Shown here one piece after another: positions 18,831-28,200 of a stretch of 56,106 nucleotides of DNA. Origin of the DNA: Clostridiales bacterium. GTDB lineage: Bacteria > Bacillota > Clostridia > Lachnospirales > Lachnospiraceae. The DNA is taken from positions 1 through 56,106 of the forward strand of contig JAJQAD010000144.1 of NCBI GenBank assembly GCA_021204005.1, in the 5' to 3' direction. The translations under genes were made by a program, and so were the position numbers. Under the pieces are notes generated by a model. That model did not search any database and had not been told where the DNA came from. It worked only from the letters and a program-made list of their open reading frames with translations. Each line of letters starts with the position of its first letter. The first letter of the stretch is position 1.

Positions 18831-21291
18831 TATTTTATTTGACAAGGAGCGCTTTAAAGAAGAAGTAAAAGACAATGTCCGGATGCTTTTCCGTAAGAAA
18901 TTATCCGAGGCGACAGACCAGGAGATTTTTCAGGGCGTCTCCTACACGGTAAAAGACGTGATTATCGACCAGTGGCTGGCAACACAGCAGACCTTTGACA
19001 AGGAAGATCCGAAGATGGTCTACTATATGTCCATAGAATTCCTGATGGGACGCGCTCTGGGTAACAACCTGATTAACCTGACCGCTTACAAGCAGGTGCG
19101 GGAGGCTCTTGAGGAGCTGGGCATCAACCTGGACGTCATCGAGGACCAGGAGCCTGATCCGGCACTGGGCAACGGCGGTCTTGGTCGGCTGGCAGCGTGT
19201 TTCATGGATTCGCTGTCTTCTCTGGGCTATGCGGCTTACGGCTGCGGTATCCGCTACCGTTACGGTATGTTTAAGCAGGCGATTGTGAATGGCGCACAGG
19301 TGGAGAAGCCGGACAACTGGTTAAAGAATGGTTATCCCTTTGAACTGCGCCGTCCGGAGCACACGTTTACCGTAAAGTTTGGCGGGTATGTCCGTTCTGA
19401 GGCTCTGCCGAACGGCAACACAAAATACATTCAGGAAAATTATCAGGCAGTGCGCGCGGTGCCTTATGACATGCCCATCGTCGGCTATAAGAATAATGTA
19501 GTCAACACGCTGATGATCTGGGATGCGGAACCAACCAATGAGTTCCAGCTGGATTCCTTTGACAAGGGTGATTACCACAAAGCGGTGGAGCAGGAGAACC
19601 TGGCCCGCAACCTGGTGGAGGTCCTTTATCCGAATGATAACCATATCCAGGGCAAGGAGCTGCGCTTAAAGCAGCAGTATTTCTTCGTTTCCGCTTCTGT
19701 GCAGTGTGCGGTGGCGCGTTATAAGAAGTACCATCCGGACATCAAGAAGATGTACGAGAAAGTAGTTTTCCAGATGAACGACACGCATCCTACCGTTGCG
19801 GTGGCTGAGCTGATGCGTATCCTCATGGATGAGGAGGGACTCGGCTGGGATGAGGCGTGGGATGTCACTACAAAGGTCTGCGCTTACACAAACCATACGA
19901 TCATGTCAGAGGCACTGGAGAAATGGCCGATTGAGATTTTCTCTCGCCTGCTGCCCCGTATTTACCAGATTGTGGAGGAGATCAACCGCCGCTATCTGCT
20001 TCAGATTGATATGAAGTTCCCCGGCGACCAGGCGCGGAAAGACCGGATGGCTATCGTCCACAACGGACAGGTGCGCATGGCATATCTGGCGATCGCGGCA
20101 AGCTTTTCCGTAAACGGTGTGGCACGGCTGCACACGGAGATTCTGAAGAAGCGTGAGTTGAAAGACTTCTACGAGATGTCACCGGAGAAATTCAACAATA
20201 AGACCAACGGTATTACGCAACGGCGTTTCCTTTATCACGGCAATCCGCTGCTGGCAGACTGGGTGACAGATAAGATCGGTTCTGACTGGGTTACCGACTT
20301 AAGCCAGATGAAGAAACTCAGTGTCTATCTTGATGATGAGAAGGCACAGCAGGAGTTTATGAATATCAAGTATAAGAACAAGCTGCGCCTGGCGAAGTAT
20401 ATCCAGGAGCATAACGGGATTGAGGTCGATCCCCGCTCTATCTTTGATGTGCAGGTAAAGCGTCTCCATGAGTATAAGCGTCAGCTGATGAATATCCTTC
20501 ATGTGATGTATCTGTACAACAAGATCAAAGAGCATCCGGAGATGCCTTTCTACCCGCGCACCTTTATTTTCGGCGCAAAAGCGGCGGCTGGTTATGAGAT
20601 TGCAAAGATGACGATCAAGCTGATCAATTCCGTAGCGGATGTGGTCAACAATGATCGCAGCATCAACGGCAAGATCAAAGTCGTCTTCATTGAGGATTAT
20701 AAAGTATCCAACGCGGAGATGATCTTCGCGGCGGCCGATGTTTCTGAGCAGATTTCCACGGCCAGTAAGGAGGCTTCCGGTACCGGCAACATGAAGTTTA
20801 TGCTGAACGGCGCAGTCACCATCGGCACCATGGATGGCGCGAATGTGGAGATGGCTGAGGAACTGGGTGAGGAGAATATTTTCATCTTTGGTATGAGCTC
20901 TGATGAAGTGATGGAGCACGAGCGGCTGCGCGATTACCATCCGATGGATATCTTTAACAGTGACCAGGATATCCATCAGGTCCTGATGCAGCTGATCAAC
21001 GGATTCTATTCTCCGGATCACACAGAGCGGTTCCGGAAGCTGTATAATTCTCTGCTGAACACAGAGAATACCCAGTATGCGGACACCTACTTCTGCCTGA
21101 GAGATTTCCGTTCCTACGCGGAGGCGCAGGAACGCATTGAGGAAGCGTACCGCGATGAGAAGCGGTGGGCGAAGCTGGCGATGACCCAGGTGGCCTGCGT
21201 GGGCAAGTTCTCCTCCGACCGGACGATTCAGGAGTATGTGGATGATATCTGGCATCTGGATAGAATTAAAGTTCAGATGGAAGAGGAGTAG
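18823..21291 (+). CDS. glgP: Glycogen/starch phosphorylase
   Basis: LGNGGLGRLAACF, NDTHP, QVKRLHEYKRQ and PLP motif EASGTGNMKFMLNG; overlaps ileS by 8 bp. Confidence 0.96.
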   Translation: MSNILFDKERFKEEVKDNVRMLFRKKLSEATDQEIFQGVSYTVKDVIIDQWLATQQTFDKEDPKMVYYMSIEFLMGRALGNNLINLTAYKQVREALEELGINLDVIEDQEPDPALGNGGLGRLAACFMDSLSSLGYAAYGCGIRYRYGMFKQAIVNGAQVEKPDNWLKNGYPFELRRPEHTFTVKFGGYVRSEALPNGNTKYIQENYQAVRAVPYDMPIVGYKNNVVNTLMIWDAEPTNEFQLDSFDKGDYHKAVEQENLARNLVEVLYPNDNHIQGKELRLKQQYFFVSASVQCAVARYKKYHPDIKKMYEKVVFQMNDTHPTVAVAELMRILMDEEGLGWDEAWDVTTKVCAYTNHTIMSEALEKWPIEIFSRLLPRIYQIVEEINRRYLLQIDMKFPGDQARKDRMAIVHNGQVRMAYLAIAASFSVNGVARLHTEILKKRELKDFYEMSPEKFNNKTNGITQRRFLYHGNPLLADWVTDKIGSDWVTDLSQMKKLSVYLDDEKAQQEFMNIKYKNKLRLAKYIQEHNGIEVDPRSIFDVQVKRLHEYKRQLMNILHVMYLYNKIKEHPEMPFYPRTFIFGAKAAAGYEIAKMTIKLINSVADVVNNDRSINGKIKVVFIEDYKVSNAEMIFAAADVSEQISTASKEASGTGNMKFMLNGAVTIGTMDGANVEMAEELGEENIFIFGMSSDEVMEHERLRDYHPMDIFNSDQDIHQVLMQLINGFYSPDHTERFRKLYNSLLNTENTQYADTYFCLRDFRSYAEAQERIEEAYRDEKRWAKLAMTQVACVGKFSSDRTIQEYVDDIWHLDRIKVQMEEE

Positions 21292-21365
21292 CGGGAGCGA
21301 AAAAGAAATTAGATTTGATTTAAAATGAAGTAATTTTATTCCGGTTTAGCCGGGGTGGGATGATT

Positions 21366-21390
21366 GGGCGGGAGTGTCTTGCTCCCGCCT
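21366..21390 (+). terminator. GC-rich hairpin after glgP (possible terminator, no clear U-tract)
   Basis: GGGCGGGAG (21366-74) / CTCCCGCCT (21382-90). Confidence 0.5.
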
Positions 21391-21724
21391 GATGAACATA
21401 ACATATCAGGCGTATCAGTTTATTCAATTTATATCATTAGTCATCATCAATATATTTCATCGGTATTAAATTATTTTGCAGTGTTTTATATTCGGTAATA
21501 GGTGGATCTGGAATTCTTATAAAAATTCTTATAGAGATGGAAGCATAGTGGCTTTTGCAATTCGGAAAATTCGGAATTTTCCCTCAGAAGATTCTTATTC
21601 AGAAAGAATTATGAAATATCAATTTTGATTTCCTTGTATAACGCCATAGGCGTAATGTATGGTTGTAGTAGAGTGTAGCGATTAAGGAAACTTTTTGGAT
21701 TTCGCGCAAGAAAGAAGAGAGGTG

Positions 21725-22128
21725 ACTCACAAAAGGAGAGAAAAATCAGATGCAGTGGGTTCGGTTGAGCTGTGAAGTTCCTGTAAGATTAGAAAAACTA
21801 TAAAGTTTGTGGGTAAAGGAAAAGGAGAGTGGTCCGTGAAAGAAGAGAAAATCAGATGCTGTGGGTTCGGTTGAACAATAAAATCCCATAAGATTAGAAA
21901 GATCAGAATGTTTGTGGGTAAAAATAATTGGAAGGAACCCACAAAAGAATATAAAAGCAGAAAAGTGTAGGTTTAAAGAGTGAAAAATAACCCACAAAAT
22001 CATAAAAAATGAAAAAATGTAGGAGTAAAGTATAGGAAATAACCCACAAAATCATAAAATTTGAAAAATAAAGGGATTGCCGGAGAGAATTAACCTACTG
22101 AATTAGATTAATTTTGGCATTAGTGGGT
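21725..22128. repeat. Array A: 8 units of ~52.5 bp, ACCCAC-N23/24-GTGGGT-N17, with variable spacers
   Basis: Right arms start at 21755, 21809, 21861, 21914, 21967, 22019, 22071, 22123; left arms at 21725, 21779, 21832, 21884, 21937, 21990, 22042, 22093. Confidence 0.85.
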
Positions 22129-22273
22129 TACTAAGGAGAAAATCACATAGTGTGGGTGGTAAGATGATTTTACAGTGTAGATGGAATTGTAGCATGGACG
22201 GATTATTAAGGTGGAAATTGTTTTGTGATGAAAACAAAGCATAATTTAATCAGAAGATAAATGGGGGAAGGAT

Positions 22274-23077
22274 ATGGGCAATTTATACAGAGAACTACAA
22301 AAGAAAAAACAGAAATTAGAGATTATAATCAAAGAAGCAGAGGATTATTTACAGGCTGCTCCGGAAGGGCAATTGAGAATCGCCGTAAAAGGAATTCATA
22401 AGCAATATTATTTATGGCGTAGGGAAGAAAAAGAGAGATATCCGAATGGAAAGTATATAAAAAACAGAGAGAAGGAATTGATTGAAAAACTGGCACAGAA
22501 ATCTTATTATCAGAAGATTTTGAAGAAAGCCCGGTACAGACTAAAAAGGATTGACACATTTCTTGATGATTATGAAGAGGATGAGTTGTTGAAAGTATAT
22601 TCACATCTGCACCCGGCACGGAAGGCGTTGATTCAGCCAATTTATCTACCGGATGAATTGTTTGTCCAACGATGGGAGCAGGTTACATATAAGAAAAGAG
22701 AGTTCGCTCCCGGAGATCAGGAAATATATACGGAGAAGGGGGATCGCGTGCTTTCAAAATCTGAAAAAATACTTGCAGATAAATTTTATATGATGGGGAT
22801 TCCGTATCGATATGAATTTCCGCTGGAACTGTCGGGGATTGGTGTAATACATCCTGATTTCATGTTGTTAAATAAAAGAACCAGGAAAGAGTATTATTGG
22901 GAGCATCTGGGGATGATGGATAATCCAGAGTATTGTGTGAATGCTATTCGGCGGATTGAGAATTATGAAAAGAATCATATTTTCCCGGGAGAACAATTGA
23001 TTCTGACCTATGAAACAAAATCGGTTCCCTTAAATATCAAGGTTGTAGAGAGCATCCTGGAGGAATTCCTGTTATGA
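22274..23077 (+). CDS. Uncharacterised protein with a C-terminal PD-(D/E)XK/Vsr-DUF559-like nuclease fold
   Basis: GGGGAAGG SD; N-terminal basic coiled coil; C-terminal SKSEKILAD...GIPYRYE...HPDF...YWEHLGMMD..EY; visibly AT-richer than flanking genes. Confidence 0.7.
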   Translation: MGNLYRELQKKKQKLEIIIKEAEDYLQAAPEGQLRIAVKGIHKQYYLWRREEKERYPNGKYIKNREKELIEKLAQKSYYQKILKKARYRLKRIDTFLDDYEEDELLKVYSHLHPARKALIQPIYLPDELFVQRWEQVTYKKREFAPGDQEIYTEKGDRVLSKSEKILADKFYMMGIPYRYEFPLELSGIGVIHPDFMLLNKRTRKEYYWEHLGMMDNPEYCVNAIRRIENYEKNHIFPGEQLILTYETKSVPLNIKVVESILEEFLL

Positions 23078-23239
23078 TTTTGAAAAAGAAGGTTCCGGTT
23101 ATAAAAAGATGAAAATTTATTCGGGTTTTAGCGAAGCAATTTGGGAAGACGCGGCAAATGCATTGTCCTCTGAATGCGATAAAAAGTAGTGGACAGAGGA
23201 GATGCTCTGAGGTATTTACCCTCTGTGCCTGTCTGTTTC

Positions 23240-23354
23240 CTGCGCTGCCCGTCAACTCCCCGCGTTGCGCTGCCTGTTTATCCTCTGCGCTGCCCGTTAA
23301 CTCCCCGCGTTGCGCTGCCTGTTTATCCTCTGCGCTGCCCGTCAACTCCCCGCG
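23240..23354. repeat. 45-bp tandem repeat (~2.5 copies) just downstream of the CPBP gene
   Basis: CTGCGCTGCCCGTYAACTCCCCGCGTTGCGCTGCCTGTTTATCCT starting at 23240, 23285 and 23330 (partial). Confidence 0.9.
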
Positions 23355-23367
23355 CTGCCTGTCTGTT

Positions 23368-24222
23368 CTATTCTCTGCGCGTCCGCTCTGCCGGTGTGAA
23401 ATCCGTATAAAACAGCCACACCGCGAAGATGGTCAGTGCAAGCCCCGCACCCACGGCGATGTAAAAATTCAGCGCGGTGGTCAGCTCAATCAGTTCGGAG
23501 TACCAGACCCCGATGATATTAAATACAATGTGCACGGGGATGGAATACTTGATTCCGCGTCCCCTGTGGCAGATGAACCCGAGAAACAATCCCATGACAA
23601 AAGCATAGATTCCCTGGATGAAGTTGCCGTGGATCAGACCGAAGAGCAGCGCCTGCCATATGTTGGCTGCCCAGAAGGGAAGCGCGTGTCGGGCATAGCG
23701 GAAGGTGAGTCCGCGGAAAATAAGCTCCTCCACGATGGGAGCCAGGATGACAGAGTAGACGGCCAGCATGGGGGTGACATCGCTGTATCCGGCTGTCTCC
23801 ATCAGGGCATTGTAGGTGTTGAGCCAGTCCGGGCGGAGTGCGGAGGTCACATGGACCACCAGTGTGGTCACGTACTGCAGCCCGATTCCCAGAAACAGAA
23901 TCGCCATGATTGTGTGGAACGAAAACCCGCGCGGATATGCGTTTGATCTCCGGTCACGAAACGGAGAGACAAAGACCCTTCCATACCAGCATCCGAAGAT
24001 GAGAAGCGCCAGGCAGCCGTAAATCAGATTTGAAATCTGGCTGAAAGAAGCATCCGAGGAGGAACTGCTGATCAGATTAAGAATTGTATTCAGATCAAAT
24101 CCGCTTTCGCTGATATTGCGGAGTGCATATACAATCTCCATGGGAATCAGAACAATTACCTGCAGCAAAAGCAGGATCAGACAGGGAATAATACTTTTAA
24201 AAAAACAACCTATTTTACGCAT
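23368..24222 (-). CDS. CPBP (CAAX protease/Abi) family intramembrane metalloprotease
   Basis: EELIFRG, LFGLIH and H..FN motifs; multiple TM helices; ATG 24222 after GAGGAG. Confidence 0.9.
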   Translation of the reverse strand: MRKIGCFFKSIIPCLILLLLQVIVLIPMEIVYALRNISESGFDLNTILNLISSSSSDASFSQISNLIYGCLALLIFGCWYGRVFVSPFRDRRSNAYPRGFSFHTIMAILFLGIGLQYVTTLVVHVTSALRPDWLNTYNALMETAGYSDVTPMLAVYSVILAPIVEELIFRGLTFRYARHALPFWAANIWQALLFGLIHGNFIQGIYAFVMGLFLGFICHRGRGIKYSIPVHIVFNIIGVWYSELIELTTALNFYIAVGAGLALTIFAVWLFYTDFTPAERTRRE

Positions 24223-24290
24223 TAGAAAGCTCCTCGTATAATAGTTGGGGTGAATAGTGACATTGGACAAGTACTTATATTATACACTCA

Positions 24291-24426
24291 ATATATCTAT
24301 GGCCAACGTATATCTATGCTTAATGTATATCTATGGTTAACATATATCTATGGTTAACATATATCTATGGTTAACATATATTTATGGTCAACGTATATTC
24401 ATGGTTAATGTATATCTATAGCCGGC
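24291..24426. repeat. 17-bp tandem repeat x8 in the CPBP promoter region
   Basis: Consensus RTATATCTATGGTTAAC; units start at 24291, 24308, 24325, 24342, 24359, 24376, 24393, 24410. Confidence 0.92.
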
Positions 24427-24716
24427 GCACATGACTATGGTCCTGGCTAGAAAAGTATATCACAGCAGGCGGCGCTGCACAATCAGTACAATTCTTAAAA
24501 TTGTATTCAGAAATCTGAAACATTTTGGAATGTTTTGATGTTTATATGTATTAGCATATGTAAGGTGCGAAAACAACGATGACACTTCAGAGTACTGTTT
24601 TTTGATGGGAATCACTGAAATGAGGTTTTCGGGAAGTGTACGTTGGGACAAGGGAGAAGAGTGCACGGATGCATCAGCGAATCAGAAGGATTGCGATGAA
24701 TATGTGCATGGGAAAA

Positions 24717-24962
24717 GCCTACAAAATTGAATGATTAAAAAAAAGTGGGTTAAAAATGGAGTAAGCAACCTACTAGATTAGAAAAAATCAGAAATCAGTG
24801 GGATGATGTAAAGAAAATAAACCCATAAAACCAGGATTAATGCTAAATTAGGGGGTTGCCATGGCAAATTTTTACCCATACAATTAAGGTGTTTAAAATT
24901 TTTGTGGGACTGACATATAAAAAACAACCTACTATTTCTATATATTCCGGAATAATGTGGGC
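24717..24962. repeat. Array B: 5 units of 53 bp, ACCYAY-N24-GTGGGN-N17 (same family as array A)
   Basis: Right arms at 24745, 24798, 24851, 24904, 24957 (exact 53-bp steps); left arms at 24717, 24768, 24821, 24874, 24927. Confidence 0.85.
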
Positions 24963-25073
24963 TTCATCGTTGAATTTGGTCATAAGAGCAGAGATTTGTT
25001 CGAATTTGATGAATGGATTAGGAATTGTTTGCAATTAGAATTGTAGAATCGGGATTGTTTTCCTCCTTATGAT

Positions 25074-25102
25074 TAGACTTCTTTTCCAGCTTATGGTATA
25101 GT
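25074..25102 (+). promoter_or_regulatory. Putative SigA promoter for dnaE
   Basis: TAGACT, 17 nt, TATAGT with extended TG at 25094-95. Confidence 0.55.
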
Positions 25103-25246
25103 TATTTGGATGAAAAATGCTTATAATGAAGCAATGATGCAAAGCGAATGAGAGTGAATCTGCGGATAAAGTCTGTGCCACAAAGCCTGTGATAGGATGC
25201 TTTCGACGATAAGTCTATGATACAACACCTGTGAAGGAGAGGAAAA

Positions 25247-28200
25247 ATGTCCTTTGTCCATTTGCATGTCCATACGGAGTACAGTCTTCTGGACGGTTCA
25301 AACAAGATAAGTGAATATGTGGAGCGTGTAAAAGAGCTTGGCATGAACGCCGCAGCAATCACGGATCACGGCGTGATGTATGGTGTGATTGATTTTTACC
25401 GCGCGGCGAAGAAAGCGGGTATCCGCCCAATCTTAGGCTGCGAGGTTTATGTGGCGCCGGGATCCCGCTTTGACCGGGAGCAGGGGCGGGGCGAGGACCG
25501 CTATTATCACCTGGTTCTGCTGGCGGAGAACAATACGGGCTACGCGAACCTGATGAAGCTGGTGTCCAAAGGTTTTGTGGATGGCTACTATTATAAACCC
25601 CGTGTGGATATGGAAATCTTAAACCAGTATCACGAGGGTCTCATCGCACTCTCGGCCTGTCTGGCCGGGGAAGTGCAGCGCTTCCTGACCCGCGGCATGT
25701 ACGAGGATGCAAAACGGGCGGCTTACAGGTATGAGGAGTGCTTTGGCAAGGGGAATTTTTTCCTGGAGCTGCAGGACCACGGCATAGCGGAGCAGACGCT
25801 GGTCAACCAGCAGCTGATGCGGATGCACGAGGAGACAGGCATCGATCTGGTGGCGACGAATGACGTTCATTACACGTTCGCGGAGGACGTGGAGCCCCAT
25901 GATATTCTGCTCTGTCTGCAGACCGGGAAAAAGCTCAGCGACGAAGACCGGATGCGCTATGAGGGCGGGCAGTATTATGTGAAATCCGAGGAGGAGATGC
26001 GCCGGTTGTTTGCCTATGTCCCCGAAGCGCTGGATAACACGCAGAAGATTGCGGACCGCTGTGAGGTGGAGATTGAGTTCGGTGTGACGAAGCTGCCGCG
26101 GTTTGACGTGCCAGAGGGGTATACTTCCTGGGAATATTTAAATAAATTGTGCTACGAGGGGCTGGAGCGGCTCTATCCGGCGGATCGGATACCGGAGCTG
26201 AAGCAGAAGCTGGAGTATGAGCTCGGCGTCATTCAGAAGATGGGGTATGTGGACTACTTCCTTATTGTATGGGATTTCATCCGCTATGCCAGGGAGCATG
26301 ATATCATGGTCGGACCCGGCAGGGGAAGCGCGGCGGGCAGTCTGGTGGCCTATTCGCTTGGTATCACAAAGCTGGACCCCATCCGCTACAATCTTCTGTT
26401 TGAGCGGTTTTTAAATCCGGAGCGTGTATCCATGCCTGATATCGACGTGGACTTCTGCTATGAGAGACGGCAGGAAGTCATCGACTATGTTGTGCGAAAA
26501 TACGGGAAAGACCGGGTGGTGCAGATTGTCACGTTCGGTACCCTGGCTGCCCGGAATGTAATCCGTGATGTGGGCCGGGTGATGGATCTGCCCTACGCTG
26601 TCTGCGATAAAATTGCAAAAATGATTCCCAACGAGCTGGGGATTACCATAGATAAAGCGCTGAATATGAATCATGAGCTGCGGGAGCTGTATCAGTCAGA
26701 TCCGGAGGTCGGGAAGCTTATTGACATGGCGAAGCGGCTGGAGGGTCTGCCCCGCCATACATCCATGCATGCGGCGGGGGTCGTCATCAGCCAGAAGTCA
26801 GTGGACGAGTATGTGCCGCTTTCCCGTGGATCCGACGGCTCCATCACAACACAGTTTACCATGACGACGCTGGAGGAGCTGGGGCTGCTGAAGATGGATT
26901 TCCTGGGTCTGCGGACGCTGACCGTGATTCAGGACGCGGTGAGGAACGTGGAGACGACCCACGGAATTAAACTGGATATGGACGCCATTGACTATAATGA
27001 TGCGGCGGTTCTCGCCTCCCTTTCCACCGGGAAATGCGACGGCGTGTTCCAGCTGGAGAGTGCGGGAATGAAAAGCTTCATGAAGGAGTTAAAACCGCAG
27101 AGCCTGGAGGATGTGATCGCCGGGATTTCCCTGTACCGGCCGGGACCGATGGATTTTATCCCGGCATATATCCGCGGGAAAAATAATCCTGAGTCCATCA
27201 CCTATGACTGTCCGCAGCTGGAGCCGATTCTGGCGCCTACTTACGGATGCATTGTCTACCAGGAGCAGGTGATGCAGATTGTCCGCGACCTGGCAGGCTA
27301 TACTCTGGGGCGAAGCGACCTGGTCCGCCGTGCCATGTCAAAGAAAAAAACGGATGTCATGGCCCGGGAGCGTCAGAATTTCGTCTACGGAAACGAGGAG
27401 GAGGGCGTCCCCGGCTGCATTGCCAACGGTATCTCTGAGCATGTAGCGAACAAAATTTTCGATGAGATGACAGATTTTGCCAAGTACGCGTTCAATAAAT
27501 CCCACGCGGCGGCTTATGCGGTGGTCTCCTATCAGACTGCGTATTTAAAATATTACTATCCCGTAGAGTTCATGGCAGCGCTGATGACGTCGGTTATTGA
27601 TAAGTCTTCCAAAGTCTCCGAATACATTCAGGTGTGCCGGCAGATGGGTATTTCCGTGCTTCCGCCGGATATCAACGAAGGGGTGAGCGGTTTTTCCGTT
27701 TCCGGTTCTTCCATCCGTTACGGCCTGTCAGCGATTAAGAGTGTGGGACGGCCGGTCATTGATTCCATCATTGAGGAGCGCAGCGCAGGCGGCCTGTTCC
27801 GTTCCCTGGAGGATTTCATTGAGCGCATGGCGGGGAAAGAGGTGACGCGTCGTGCCATTGAAAACTTCATCAAAGCCGGAGCTTTTGACGGACTCGGCGG
27901 CAACCGGCATCAGTTTATGATGGTTTACAGCTCGATTCTGGATTCCGTCAACCAGGAGCGGAAGCATTCCATGGCTGGTCAGATGTCGCTCTTTGACCTG
28001 GTCGGCGAGGAGGAGAAAGCCCGCTATGAGGTCCGGCTGCCTGAGGTGGACGAGTTCCCGAAGGAGGAGCTTCTTGCCATGGAAAAGGAGGTCCTCGGCA
28101 TCTATGTCAGCGGGCATCCGTTGGAAGAGTATGAGGAAAAATGGCGGAAAAATATCACGCATGTGACAGGCGATTTTCTCCTGGATGAGGAGACCGGCGA

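Noticed and set aside
21727-22003. Short - strand ORFs over array A (also 24843-25038 over array B and 31305-31667 over array C)
   Set aside because: Periods of 52-55 bp do not hold a reading frame, the translations are low-complexity, and no convincing SD is present.
23037-23946. ORFs 23037-23345 (-), 23158-23946 (+) and 23189-23410 (+)
   Set aside because: They are by-products of the 45-bp repeat and the antisense strand of the CPBP gene.
21725-24962. TIGR-Tas array or integron attC cassette array
   Set aside because: The period is 53 rather than about 36 nt, there are no box C/D-like motifs or Nop-domain protein, and there are no RYYYAAC/GTTRRRY sites, cassette ORFs or integrase.
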